A program made the position numbers and the translations under genes. 64,000 nucleotides of DNA from Heterodontus francisci (lineage: Eukaryota), in the NCBI RefSeq assembly GCF_036365525.1, contig NC_090387.1, positions 76,321,300-76,385,299 on the forward strand. The letters run 5' to 3'. Shown piece by piece: positions 12,509 to 24,840 of the stretch (its first letter is position 1; every line of letters starts with the position of its first letter). Below the pieces are notes generated by a model, which ran no database searches, had not been told where the DNA came from, and saw nothing but the letters and a program-made list of their open reading frames with translations.

Positions 12509-15500
12509 ATTCAATGGTTTCCGATGCTGGTGGGAGCTCGATGAGATTAGAAAGGAGACAGGTCTTTTCTGTCAAGGAGATAACAGCCTTCTGATTTTCA
12601 AACTCTCTGTGGCAAGTTCTAAATTCAAACAACTCCAACAGTCAGCCAGCCATGTGATCAAACCGGCCTGACACGTCTGTTTGTGTATTCGGCCATCTTA
12701 GCAGTTAACCAGGAACGCTAGCCTTGCCACCTTCAACGTCTGGTAATCAAAAGTCCATTGTGGATTAAATTGGAGCAGGGAATAGCCCCTTTGTTCTTTG
12801 AAATATTGTCTGTGGATATGCAAATGTCTCTCTCCACCCAACTCTCCAATTGTTTTTTAGAACAAGTTTTTCCTTCACAAACAACTGTTCAAAATCAATG
12901 TTTATGTGGCAAAATTAATTTTTATCATTCTTGGCAGGTGGGGGTTTTCCGGACACAAGGTGAACGACACAGTTAGGAACACTTATTACCATTTGGTTAG
13001 TTAGTCTCTGAAAGGTTGCTGTGGCATTTTTTAGCCCGAATGGCATCACCCAGCATTGGAAAAGACTGTATGATGTGACAAAGGCCAATATTTCTTTAGC
13101 TCAGGGTGTTAAAGGAACCTGCCAGTATCCACTTAACATGTATATTTTTGTAATAAACATGGCACTGCCCACTCTGTCAATACAGCCTTCCAAGCGAGGT
13201 ATTGGGTAGGAATCTGTCTTTGTTGCAGCATTAACGTTTCTATACTCTATGCAAAGTCTAGTTGAACTGTTAGGTTTAGGCATTAACGCCACTGGCGAAC
13301 GCCAGCTGCTTTGAGTCGGTTCAATTAGATGGTTTTCCAACACGTATTGAATTTCTGCTTTTATCTGGGCCTGTTTCTCTGGACTTAAGCGATAAGGATG
13401 CTGTTTTATAGGAAAGGATTCCCCTACATCCACATCATCTGTGGCTAATGTTGTACATCCTGGTTTATCCCTACAAACTCTTTTAAATGCTGTGAGTAGC
13501 CTTGTTATGTCGTCTCGTTGTTCTGCATATAAATATGAAAGCATCATGTCCAATCTCCCTAACAATTCAGTATTAGCTCACTGGATAGTAGAAAGTTCAA
13601 TTTGAGTGTTGCCTAAGCTTCCCTCTGCCTCATCCTCACTATTCCTTTCACCCTTCCCTGTCCCTACTAGCTGATATACCTGAGCTTGCTTATCCTCCTC
13701 CTGGTGATGATATTGTTTGAACATATTGATATTACACAGCCAGTTCTTTATCTGGCGATCTGGGGTGTCAATCAAATAATTTACTTTACCAATTCTCTTG
13801 ATCACTTTATATGGACCACTGAACCATGCCTTCAATGGTTCAGACTGTGAAGGCCATAATACTAATACCTCATGCCCTGGTTGAAATGTTCGGGTCTTGG
13901 CATGCTTCTTCTTAGTTGTTTGGGCAGCTTTAAGGTGTTCCTGAGCCACTTTGCACGCTCTCCTGAGCCACTCCTGGAACACGGATACATAATCTAACAT
14001 GGAAGATTCATCCCTCTGTTCTAAAAGCCTTTCTTTAATTAGTTTTGGAGGACCTCTTATCTCATGTCCATAAACAAGTTCAAAATAACTAAAACTGGTA
14101 GGTTCATTAGGTGAGTCCCTCGTGGCAAACAAAAGAAATTCTGGCCCTTTATCCCAATCATGGGACATACATAACATTGTTTTGACGGTCTGATTGTACA
14201 TTTCTAAAGCTCCTTGCGTCTGTGGATGGTTTGCTGAACAATTTAACTGTTGTATACCCAAATTACCCATAACTTCTGAAAAACATTTACACATAAAATT
14301 GGAACCTTGATCCAACTGAATCTCAATCGGTAATCCAAATCGAGTGAAGAATTGGGTTAACTCCTCTACCACCATCTTAGCAGAAATTGTTCACAAGGGA
14401 ATGGCCTCTGGGAACCGACGAGCCATATCCAAGATAGTCAGCATATATTGGTGTCCCACATTTTTTCGGTTAAGGTCCTACACAGGGTCTACCAAAACTC
14501 TACGAAATTGTTCCCCAAAAACTGGTATGGGAATTAGAGGTGCCGGTTTTATGGCAGCTTTCACTTTCCCCACAATCTGGTACATGTGGCACGTTTTACA
14601 AAACTGTACCACATCCTTGTAAAAATTTGGCCAGTAAAAAAGACGACTGATACGTGATTTGGTCTTCTGGATCCCCACATGTCTTGCTATAGGAATTGTA
14701 TGAGCTATCCTTAATATTTCCCAACCATACTTTGGAAGGAACCCATCTGAAGAACTACCATTCATTCTTTGTCTGCGTCTGTGAGGAAGTTGTCACTTCC
14801 TCATCAGAATCCCATTTTTAATATAATACCCTACTGGAACTCCTTTTGTCTCAGCTTCTGTTAGAGCTGCTTGTGCCACTTTATTTAACTCTGGATCAGT
14901 TTACTGAGCCTTGATCAGAGAAAACTTGTTAAACATTTCCTTTGGATTATCCAGATCCCCAAAGAAAGGTTCAACCTTTCGACTAGTTGACGATGGTGCC
15001 AATTCTACCTCTGCCAATGGAACTTGTTTCGCCATTGCTCAGGTTACTGCACATGAAGGAAAAATTCCCGGAACGTTTTCCTGCAACTGCTCTGTCTCCT
15101 TAACTTCTCTTGGTTTTTCTATGACTACTGGAGAAGCTACAACCTTCGCTCCAGCCAAATCATTCCCCAGGAGTAGGTCAACTCCGGCTACTGGCAAACT
15201 ATGGACAACTCCTACAGTTACCGTTCCAGATATTAGGTCACCCTCTAGGTGCACCTGATACAAAGGTACGGGTATATACTCCATGCAAATGCTATTCCTT
15301 AAAAGTTTAGCATTCAGTCCGCTCTCTGATGGCAATGTTGGGCCTTTCCCCAACAGAGTTTGGGTGGCTTCTGTATCCCTAAATATAGCTATAGGTTTGC
15401 CTGACTCACTTGAGGGATAGGGAGTTACTTTACCTTTTGACCGGAATTCCCTGTAAGTCTCAGGTATCTTATTCAGGACCCCTGCACTCACAGTGGTTTT

Positions 15501-16387
15501 TGTATTTAGCCTTACAGCTGCAGTCAGAGATACATTCTGATCTGTGTACTCTTGGTCAGGGCCTTTTATCTGCACTGGCATTGTGTACCCCAATAAGTCC
15601 CATGGGTTTACCCCGCAACTTTCAGCATTCTGCACAAAGGTGGCCCACCTTGTGACAATGGTAACACTTAGGCTTGTGGACCTCACTTCCACCCTCAGCA
15701 TCTTCCTTTCTGGTCTGAGGAGGAGATCCCAGGGCGTTCGCAGCTGTCCCTTCTTTTCTCTGCCTACTTGCTTTCCTTTCATCTCCCACCTTCTATCCTT
15801 CTTGGGCTAATGGGGGTGATGGACAAAGGATTTGGGCTTATACAGAAACTCATAATCATCAGCAATTGCTGCTGCTGATCTAGCCATTGAAACCTTTTGG
15901 TTCTCTACATGGGTTCTTACTAACAGAGGGAGTGAACTTTTAAATTCTTCCAGGAGAATTAGTTCCCTCAGGTTTCCATACATGGCTTCCATCTTTAATG
16001 CCCGTATCCAATGATCAAAATTAATTTGTTTTACGTTCTCAAATTCTGTATAAGTCTGCCTCGACAATTTCCAGGGGTCCCAAAATTGTTGCCTGTATGC
16101 TTCAGGGGCTAACTCATATGCAGTGAGAATAACCTTTGTTGCCATCTCATAAATCTGCAGACGCCTCCTCAGAAAGCATGGTATATACTTCATGGGGTCA
16201 GCCCATCAACCTGCTTTGCATAAGCAGTGTTCAGCTTTCCTTCAACCACTTCATCTGTCTGGCTATCTTTTCAAAAGAAATGAAAAATGCCTCTATGTCC
16301 CTTTCCTCAAACTTAGGGAGGGCTTGCACAGATTTAAACAGCTCTCCACTGAGTCCTAGATCTGGAGCCAGATCTTTCTTCACCAGT

Positions 16388-16724
16388 GCACAGTGGCGCA
16401 GTGGTTAGCACTGCAGCCTCACAGCTGCAGCGACCTGGGATCAATTCTGGGTACTGCCTGTGTGGAGTCTTCAACTTCTCCCTGTGTCTGCGTGTGTCTC
16501 CCCGGGTGCTCCGGTTTCCTCCCACAGCCAAAGACTTGCAGGTTGATAGGTAAATTGGACATTATAAATTGCCCCTAATGTAGGTAAGGAAATATAAAGA
16601 CAGGTGGAGATGTGGTAGGAATGTGGGATTAGTGTAGGATTAGTATAAATGGGTGGTTGATGGTCGGCACAGACTCGGTGGGCCGAAGGGCCTGTTTCAG
16701 TGCTGTATCTCTAAATAAATAAAA
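16388..16724 (+). mobile_element. HE1-type SINE inserted in gag of element A
   Basis: A box TGGCGCAGTGG, B-box-like GGATCAATTC, 3' GGCCGAAGGGCC and (TAAA)n tail. Confidence 0.9.
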
Positions 16725-18649
16725 GGAATTTCCCCCAAAGTCAAGGCTACTCTGTTGTCTTAGTTCCAGCATTTAAATTTCGAATTTTCTTCCTTTTCTT
16801 TCTCTTTTTCTTTGAAATTCGAGTTCAAGATTTTTCATTGTCAATTTATTTTCATGTTCAAGATTTTTCAATTCTTTTTCCTGCTCAAGTTTTCTCATTT
16901 CTATTTTTTTCTTTGTCAAGTTCATGCTGTTTCATCTGTAAGCGAATTTTAGCTAATTCAACTGCAATATCCTCTGGTTTTCTTTCTTCTTCCAATTTCA
17001 AATGATGTGCTATTACTTCAATTGTGTGTGCTTTCTTAGCTCCTGGTTTTAACTCTTAACACCAGCAGTTCTGTCAAATCCTTTAGTTTAACCTTGATTA
17101 ACTGTCTCAAACCACTTCTTCCCCAAAAAAGTCGCAGCAGTTGACAGAGACATTCCAGTAGAGTAAACTTTAATTTACTGCACAATTATTATTACCCTAC
17201 TTACAATTGTACAGCATTGGCTTTGGATTTATCTTGCAAAGAGACTCCAGTTATATGCTACAATTGAGGCGGGAGGAGTGCACTGTTTATTTTAGTTCCA
17301 CTTCTCCACGGTTCACAACATACATTTAATTCCACCCCCCGCCCCCCCCCCCCCACTTACTGATGCCGTCAATCACAGACTCTATTTTTATCCCAGAATA
17401 AAACACACCAGCCAGGTTTCTTTAATATATAACAAAACTATCAGTTTATTATGAAACAAGTCTTAACCAGTAATGAAGTAAAGCTAAACACACAGATTGA
17501 AATATTAAAGTTCCCTGTTTACCTTAGCCCTTCACACTCACACACACACAGACATACTCCGATTAACTGGAAAAATAAAGGGATTTTTGTTTTTAGAGCT
17601 CTATTACAGACAAACAACGCTAGGGCTGAATAATTATTCATTCTTGAAGAAACAGCGGATGAGATATGCTGTGTTCCAAAACTGGCATCCAGTCTGGCCT
17701 CTGAGTACACGTAGATAGATCACTGCAATCTTTTTGAACAGCTCTTTTCAGGAGGCACTGAGAAATAATTTAGCAGGTTTTTCTTCAAAGACAGGAGACA
17801 AGATGAGTTGACACAATGCACTTCTCAGGGTCTTTTACAGAGTTGCTGGAAGGTTGAGATGGGTTGTGGTCTTCTCTCCTTCCTTGGGAAATACCTTCTT
17901 TCTTCATTTTTATACAGTTCAATCCCAACTCAAAACAATTCAAAAGTGAAACTGACAACAGGAGGTCAACCTGTTGACCTCCATCAGTCTTGACCTGTCA
18001 CTTTTTTGTAAACGTCTTCTCCAAGTGTCCAAATTTCTCTGCTGTTTATTGAACTGGAAGTCAGGTGGTTTCCCAGAAAGGCTCGTTGTTGTTGCTGGAA
18101 GTCAAGTGGTTTCCTGGAAAGATTTGTTTTCGTCACAAGACCTCTCAGTGCCCCTTTTAGAGAAAACATTTCTAGGGTCTGTTTTTTAAAGTCAAGTGGC
18201 CTTTACAAGGCCCTCTTTGAAAACTCCAAAGTTTAGTCTTTCATCAATCTTTCAAAAATGAATCCTCAAAAAATATATTTAACAAAACATAGAGGCACTT
18301 TTGCAACATCACCAAGGCACAGGATCTAGGATTAGCATAGATAGTTAATGGCAGGATTCTGAACTGTGCCACCTCTAGTTTACACCATACAAGCCAGAGG
18401 ACGCAGCATGCAAATTTCTGGATTGGTCAGTCACATTTGGCCAGTGGTAAATTTTCTAAGAGTTCGGAACATGCACAGAGCAACGCACTGAGTGAGACTT
18501 TTCGCATGGCTTTGAATCAGTACAATTTATGAACTCCAATCTGGATATTCCAAGTTGCACAATGCTGTGACTCTGTCACCTGCTATTACAGAAATGATTT
18601 GGGACTTTCAATGCCACTTAACCAGGAGATGGTGAAGTTCACTGCCTTC

Positions 18650-19532
18650 TGTAATATGTATGTTCATGAGTCACAGATTACCCAAACTCGGTGGTCGAGA
18701 ACACATGAGTAATTTTATAGTAGTTTATTAAGTTTATTAAGGAGCAACAGTTTAGATATGATGCAGAAGCTAAAAGACAGAAGAAGTATAATGACCCGTG
18801 ACTGATTAGAATGGTTTACCTATCCAGGAGAATGAATGAGCGAATGTAACTGGGGGTGACAGTCTTTTGCAGTGGATTTCTGCAACTGGAAGGGCAGTCT
18901 TCTCTCTCTGTCTTTGTCTTTTTACCTCCTCCAGCTAGCTGAGGTATCGGGAAGCTCTCTATTTTCTGCCAGATGGAGGCTGAAGCTCTCTCTGCTCCTC
19001 TGAGCATCCATTGATATACCTTATTTTGGGGAGCTGGTAGCTCACCTTTTGCCAATCACCAGTCCGAAGCCTTCTAACCAATGACTACAGGACAGGTACC
19101 TGAAGAGTCGCAGTGGTCACCTCCCCCTTGTTCATCATTTTAGTTCGAGGTCATCTTTCAGTTTACTTTGTACTGGAAGCCGTTTGACAGCATTTACTAG
19201 GCACGTGCACAGAAAACAGGACAAGGCGCCAGATGATCCCCTCCCATCAGCTTAGGAATGTCTTGTGGCTTCCAAATGACCCTCTCAAAAATGTCATACT
19301 CCTGTCCCCGTATTCTGTTTGCACCAGTAATGACACTGGTGTTCGGAACTGCTTCACTGTCCGTTTGAGAGAGTGGAAATTTTTTTCTGTGGGTCAGTTT
19401 CATTCCATGCCTACTGTTTCTATAAGAATTCTATATTACTCTGAGCAGTATCATTTATTTAGAGGTCACATTTCTTACACTCCCACAGGAAAAACTGTGG
19501 GGAAGAGCGTGATGTGGGGTTTGAAACCTACA
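18650..19532 (-). mobile_element. Possible solo LTR
   Basis: TG..CA termini. CCAAT boxes at about 19050-19080; on the minus strand a TATA-like site at about 19015 and AATAAA at about 18725-18740. No TSD found. Confidence 0.35.
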
Positions 19533-19939
19533 AGCTGAATTTTGTTCTTTTGTTGGAGGTGGGTTCAATGACATGGGGCAGTGGAGAATCCCTGCTGAAC
19601 TGTCCGCCAAGAAACCTGGCGCCGTACTGTAGTGTGCCGATTCGGTCAGAGGCGGGGAAATACTGTGGTGGTACTGAAGGACGAATGCGATGGCATCGTA
19701 ATTTAAATGTTTGAAATGCTGCTTTAAATAAATTTGAACCTAATTCACTGCGATATAATGAAGATTTCTCAATTTTGTGGTTGAATTGAGGCACTCAAGT
19801 ACCTTCAGTTTCATGACTTTGAAAAGCTGGCACCGCTTAGGCAAGAATCCCTGAAATTGATAAAGGGAAGGCAACCTAACAGGAGTAGCATAGGGGAAGT
19901 GAGTTTTGCAGTGACTATTGTCACTCTGCTGAATGTCCA

Positions 19940-20110
19940 AGGGGTTTGTGTGTGAATTGGGGGAGCTCTGCAAGGGGCTTGTGTGTGACCGGGCGGAGCT
20001 CTGCATGGGACTTACGTGTATGCGTGTGGCTGGGGGAAGCTCTGCAAGGGGTTTGTGTGTGTGTGTGTGACTGGGGGGAGCTCTGTAAGGGGCTTGCGTG
20101 TGAATGGGAG
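19940..20110. repeat. Imperfect tandem repeat, about 30-45 bp unit (GGGGAGCTCTGCAAGGGGCTTGTGTG), 4-5 copies
   Basis: Seen directly in the sequence. Confidence 0.8.
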
Positions 20111-20938
20111 GGAACATCAGGTAATGCAGTGAACCGCATTTTCATTGCCGGCCCCGCCACGAGATTCCGGGGAGGAGGAGGGTGGGGGAGGGGGTGGTTT
20201 GGAATGACTGCTGCCATTATGTACATTATGTAAAATCGCCGCTCACCTCATAATTGCGACGGCACGGCTGCTCACGTCACAAGCCGGGCTGCCGTCTTTT
20301 TGCGCACCTGCCACCGCTCCCAGCGTGTAAAGCTCTGTCTGAAGTTATAGGCTCTTCCACCCATTAGTTCACTGATTTTTAAATGTGAACCATATAAGAC
20401 GGGAGTTAATCGTGAATACTTGACGAGCTTGATTGATTTAAGGCATCATCTGAAGACCAAAACAGTTTCAGTTTTAAGAAAGGCGTAAAATCAAATGAAT
20501 GAATCTCATGCATGAGGGCTTATCGAGTCTACCATGTAGCTTAAACTGAAGTGATATTGCGTGCTGTGACTCCGGCTACAGAAATAAAAATCTTTATTAT
20601 ACTGATAAAGAATTTACAGAGCAGCTTTTTCGGGAGCAGCGTATGAGCGAGTGAGCAGCTGGGAAAGTCAGTTTGAAAGTAAATTTAATTTCCTTTTGTT
20701 TTTCGGCGGAGGCCAGGGGGCTGCTGGGTAAGTAAAACACTATATATTTGGGCGGTTTCTGAACCCGAGACACCACACTTGTAGTGTCTCCCACCCGCCA
20801 TCCTCCTCTAACCAAAAAAAAAAGGACTCAGTGGGGTGTTTATAAGGTAAGGCTTTTTCGATTTCTCTGGTTTTATTGTGATTGGTAAAAACTTTTCGTT
20901 CCTTTTTCATTTAACTAAGTTTAAACTTAAGATTAAAA

Positions 20939-21886
20939 ATGGCAGGAGATCTCAGACCCGTATCATGCTCCTCTTGCTCAATGTGGGAGCTCAGGGACAT
21001 GGCTGATGACCCTGGCTCCTTCACGTGCAGGAAGTGTGTCCAGCTGCAGCTCTTGTTAGACCGCATGACGGCTATTGAGCTGCGGATGGACTCACTTTGG
21101 AGCATGCGCGATGCTGAGGAGGTCGTGGATAGCACGTTTAGTGAATTGGTCACACCGCAGATTAGGATTGCTGAGGGAGAAAGGGAATGGGTGACCAAAA
21201 GGCAGAGAAAGAGCAGGAAGGAAGCGCAGGAGTCGCCTGCGGTCATCTCCCTCCAAAACAAGTATACCGTTTTGGATACTGTTGAGGGAGATGGCTCACC
21301 AGGGGAAGGCAGCAGTAGCCAGGTCCATGGCACCGTGGCTGGCTCTGCTGCTCAGAAGGGCGGGAAAAAGAGTGGAAGGGCTATAGTCGTAGGGGATTCG
21401 ATTGTAAGGGGAGTAGATAGGCGGTTCTGTGGTCGAAAACGAGGCTCCCGAATGGTATGTTGCCTCCCAGGTGCATGGGTCAGGGACGTCTCAGATCGGC
21501 TGCAGAACATTCTAAAGGGGGAGGGTGAACAGCCAGTTGTCATTGTGCACATAGGCACCAATGATATAGGTAAAAAACGGGATGAGGTCCTACAAGCAGA
21601 GTTTAGGGAGTTAGGAGCCAAGTTAAAAAGTAGGACCTCAGAGGTAGTAATCTCAGGATTACTACCAGTGCCACGTGATAGTCAGAGTAAAAATGAAAGA
21701 ATAGTCAGGATGAATGCGTGGCTTGAGAGATGGTGCAGGAAGGAGGGGTTCAGATTTTTGGGACATTGGGACCGGTTCTGGGGGAGGTGGGACTATTACA
21801 AATTGGACGGTCTACACCTGGGCCGGACTGGAACCAATGTCCTTGGAGGTGCTTTTGCTAACGCTGTTGGGGAGGGTTTAAACTAA
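20939..21886 (+). CDS. CR1 ORF1p (zinc finger, coiled coil, SGNH esterase), 315 aa
   Basis: CSSC..CRKC zinc finger, heptad region, and SGNH blocks VGDS, PGA, HIGTND, DGLH. Confidence 0.93.
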   Translation: MAGDLRPVSCSSCSMWELRDMADDPGSFTCRKCVQLQLLLDRMTAIELRMDSLWSMRDAEEVVDSTFSELVTPQIRIAEGEREWVTKRQRKSRKEAQESPAVISLQNKYTVLDTVEGDGSPGEGSSSQVHGTVAGSAAQKGGKKSGRAIVVGDSIVRGVDRRFCGRKRGSRMVCCLPGAWVRDVSDRLQNILKGEGEQPVVIVHIGTNDIGKKRDEVLQAEFRELGAKLKSRTSEVVISGLLPVPRDSQSKNERIVRMNAWLERWCRKEGFRFLGHWDRFWGRWDYYKLDGLHLGRTGTNVLGGAFANAVGEGLN

Positions 21887-24840
21887 TGTGGCAGGGGGAT
21901 GGGAACCAATTGAGGTCAGTTGACAGTGAGGAGGTAGTAACAAAAGCCTGTAAAAAACTAGATAATGAAGTCAGTGTGACTAAGGGGAAGAGCAGGCAGG
22001 GATCAGATGATGAATATAAAGGGTCTGGTGGTCTGAGGTGCATTTGTTTTAATGCAAGAAGTGTAGTTGGTAAGGCAGATGAACTTAGGGCTTGGATTAG
22101 TACCTGGGAGTATGATGTTATTGCTATTACTGAGACTTGGTTGAGGGAAGGGCATGATTGGCAACTAAATATCCCAGGATATCGATGCTTCAGGCCGGAT
22201 AGAGAGGGAGGTAAAAGGGGTGGAGGAGTTGCATTACTGGTCAAAGAGGATATCACAGCTGTGCTGAAGGAGGGCACTATGGAGGACTCGAGCAGTGAGG
22301 CAATATGGACAGAACTCAGAAATAGGAAGAGTGCGGTAACAATGTTGGGGCTGTACTACAGGCCTCCCAACAGCGAGCGTGAGATAGAGGTACAAATATG
22401 TAAACAGATTATGGAAAGATGTAGGAGCAACAGGGTGGTGGTGATAGGAGATTTTAATTTTCCCAACATTGACTGGGATTCGCTTAATGTTAGAGGTCCA
22501 GATGGAGCAGAATTTGTAAGGAGCATCCAGGAGGGTTTTCTAGAGCAGTATGTAAATAGTCCAACTCGGGAAGGGGCCATACTGGACCTGGTGTTGGGGA
22601 ATGAGCCCGGCCAGGTTGTTGAAGTTTCAGTAGGGGACTACTTTGGGAATAGTGATCACAATTCCGTAAGCTTTAAAATACTCATGGACAAAGACGAGAG
22701 TGGTCCTAAAGGAAGAGTGCTAAATTGGGGGAAGGCCAACTATACCAAAATTCGGCAGGAGCTGGGAAATGTAGATTGGGAGCAGCTGTTTGAAGGTAAA
22801 TCCACATGTGATATGTGGGAGGCTTTTAAAGAGAGGTTGATTAGCGTGCAGGAGAGACATGTTCCTGTGAAAATGAGGGATAGAAATGGCAAGATTAGGG
22901 AACCATGGATGACAGGTGAAATTGTGAGACTAGCTAAGAGGAAAAAGGAAGCATACATAAGGTCTAGGCGGCTGAAGAAAGACGAAGCTTTGAAAGAATA
23001 TCGGGATTGTAGGCACAATCTGAAACGAGGAATTAAGAGGGCTAAAAGGGGTCATGAAATATCTTTAGCAAACAGGGTTAAGGAAAATCCCAAAGCCTTT
23101 TATTCATATATAAGGAGAAAGAGGGTATCAAGAGAAAGGATTGGCCCACTAAAGGACAAAGGAGGAATGTTATGCTTGGACTCAGAGAAAATGGGTGAGA
23201 TTCTAAACGAGTACTTTGCATCGGTATTCACCGAGGAGAGGGACATGACGGATGTTGAGGTTAGGAACAGATGTTTGATTACTCTAGGTCAAGTCGGCAT
23301 AAGGAGGGAGGAAGTGTTGGGTATTCTAAAGGGCATTAAGGTGGACAAGTCCCCAGGTCCGGATGGGATCTATCCCAGGTTACTGAGGGAAGCGAGAGAG
23401 GAAATAGCTGGGGCCTTAACAGATATCTTTGCAGCATCCTTAAACACGGGTGAGGTCCCGGAGGACTGGAGAATTGCTAATGTTGTCCCCTTGTTTAAGA
23501 AGGGTAGCAGGGATAATCCAGGTAATTATAGACCGGTGAGCCTGACGTCAGTGGTAGGGAAGCTGCTGGAGAAGATACTGAGGGATAGGATCTATTCCCA
23601 TTTGGAAGAAAATGGGCTCATCAGTGATAGGCAACATGGTTTTGTGCAGGGAAGGTCATGTCTTACCAACTTAATAGAATTCTTTGAGGAAGTGACAAAG
23701 TTGATTGATGACGGAAGGGCTGTCGATGTCATATACATGGACTTCAGTAAGGCGTTTGATAAGGTTCCCCATGGCAGGCTGATGGAGAAAGTGAAGGCGC
23801 TTGGGGTCCAAGGTGTACTAGCTAGATGGATAAAGAACTGGCTGGGCAACAGGAGACAGAGAGTAGCAGTGGAAGGGAGTTTCTCAAAATGGAGACGTGT
23901 GACCAGTGGTGTTCCACAGGGATCCGTGCTGGGACCACTGTTGTTTGTGATATACATTAATGATTTGGAGGAAAGTATAGGTGGACTGATTAGCAAATTT
24001 GCAGACGACACTAAGATTGGTGGAGTAGCAGATAGTGAAGGGGACTGTCAGAGAATACAGCAGAATATAGATAGATTGGAGAGTTGGGCAGAGAAATGGC
24101 AGATGGAGTTCAATCAGGGCAAATGCGAGGTGATGCATTTTGGAAGATCCAATTCAAGAGTGAACTATACAGTAAATGGAAAAGTCCTGGGGAAAATTGA
24201 TGTCCAGAGAGATTTGGGTGTTCAGGTCCACTGTTCCCTGAAGGTGGCAACGCAGGTAAATAGAGTGGTCAAGAAGGCATACGGCATGCTTTCCTTCATC
24301 GGACGGGGCATTGAGTACAAGAGTTGGCAGGTCATGTTACAGTTGTATAGGACTTTGGTTCGGCCACATTTGGAATACTGCGTACAGTTCTGGTCGCCAC
24401 ATTATCAAAAGGATGTGGATGCTTTGGAGAGGGTGCAGAGGAGGTTCACCAGGATGTTGCCTGGTATGGAGGGCGCTAGCTATGAAGAGAGGTTGAGTAG
24501 ATTAGGATTATTTTCATTAGAAAGACGGAGGTTGAGGGGGGACCTGATTGAGGTGTACAAAATCATGAGAGGTATAGACAGGGTGGATAGCAAGAAGCTT
24601 TTTCCCAGAGTGGGGGTTTCAATTACTAGAGGACACGAGTTCAAAGTGAAAGGGGAAAAGTTTAGGGGGGATATGCGTGGAAAGTTCTTTACGCAGAGGG
24701 TGGTGGGCACCTGGAACGCATTGCCAGCGGAGGTGGTAGATGCGGGCATGATGGAGTCTTTTAAGATGTATCTAGACAGATACATGAATGGGCAGGAAGA
24801 AAAGAGATACAGAAGCTTAGAAAATAGGCGACATGTTTAG
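21886..24840 (+). CDS. CR1 ORF2p (APE endonuclease plus reverse transcriptase), 984 aa
   Basis: Endonuclease motifs FNARS, ITETW, GDFN, SDH; RT motifs YRPVSL, DFSKAFD, GVPQGSVLGP, FADD. Confidence 0.97.
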   Translation: MWQGDGNQLRSVDSEEVVTKACKKLDNEVSVTKGKSRQGSDDEYKGSGGLRCICFNARSVVGKADELRAWISTWEYDVIAITETWLREGHDWQLNIPGYRCFRPDREGGKRGGGVALLVKEDITAVLKEGTMEDSSSEAIWTELRNRKSAVTMLGLYYRPPNSEREIEVQICKQIMERCRSNRVVVIGDFNFPNIDWDSLNVRGPDGAEFVRSIQEGFLEQYVNSPTREGAILDLVLGNEPGQVVEVSVGDYFGNSDHNSVSFKILMDKDESGPKGRVLNWGKANYTKIRQELGNVDWEQLFEGKSTCDMWEAFKERLISVQERHVPVKMRDRNGKIREPWMTGEIVRLAKRKKEAYIRSRRLKKDEALKEYRDCRHNLKRGIKRAKRGHEISLANRVKENPKAFYSYIRRKRVSRERIGPLKDKGGMLCLDSEKMGEILNEYFASVFTEERDMTDVEVRNRCLITLGQVGIRREEVLGILKGIKVDKSPGPDGIYPRLLREAREEIAGALTDIFAASLNTGEVPEDWRIANVVPLFKKGSRDNPGNYRPVSLTSVVGKLLEKILRDRIYSHLEENGLISDRQHGFVQGRSCLTNLIEFFEEVTKLIDDGRAVDVIYMDFSKAFDKVPHGRLMEKVKALGVQGVLARWIKNWLGNRRQRVAVEGSFSKWRRVTSGVPQGSVLGPLLFVIYINDLEESIGGLISKFADDTKIGGVADSEGDCQRIQQNIDRLESWAEKWQMEFNQGKCEVMHFGRSNSRVNYTVNGKVLGKIDVQRDLGVQVHCSLKVATQVNRVVKKAYGMLSFIGRGIEYKSWQVMLQLYRTLVRPHLEYCVQFWSPHYQKDVDALERVQRRFTRMLPGMEGASYEERLSRLGLFSLERRRLRGDLIEVYKIMRGIDRVDSKKLFPRVGVSITRGHEFKVKGEKFRGDMRGKFFTQRVVGTWNALPAEVVDAGMMESFKMYLDRYMNGQEEKRYRSLENRRHV

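Larger units (their letters stand above)
5842..12955 (-). mobile_element. Non-autonomous Gmr1-type LTR element B nested in the RT of element A; LTRs 5842-6750 and about 9949-12955 (the latter interrupted by a LINE); TSD CAAG
   Basis: CAAG at 5838-5841 and 12956-12959. Gag with a CFHC..H..C zinc knuckle, protease LRDIG, and only the zinc-binding start of integrase; no RT. PPT next to 6750. Confidence 0.87.
3359..18308 (-). mobile_element. Gmr1-type Gypsy LTR retrotransposon A, degenerate; order gag(SCAN-like)-PR-IN-RT-RH; LTRs 3359-3984 and about 17256-18308; TSD TCAC
   Basis: TG..CA termini with TCAC at 3355-3358 and 18309-18312. Polypurine tract (PPT) GGGTGGAGG next to 3984. Gag LILLEEFK at about 15.8-17.1 kb, protease RDTEA..LLLGNDL at about 15.0-15.5 kb, integrase 13578-14765, RT 12960-13565 continuing at 5740-5840 and 4170-4860. 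Confidence 0.9.

Noticed and set aside
20911-24785. Minus-strand ORFs over the CR1 element and other short ORF-track calls
   Set aside because: Antisense shadows of transposon coding sequence or chance ORFs in low-complexity DNA.
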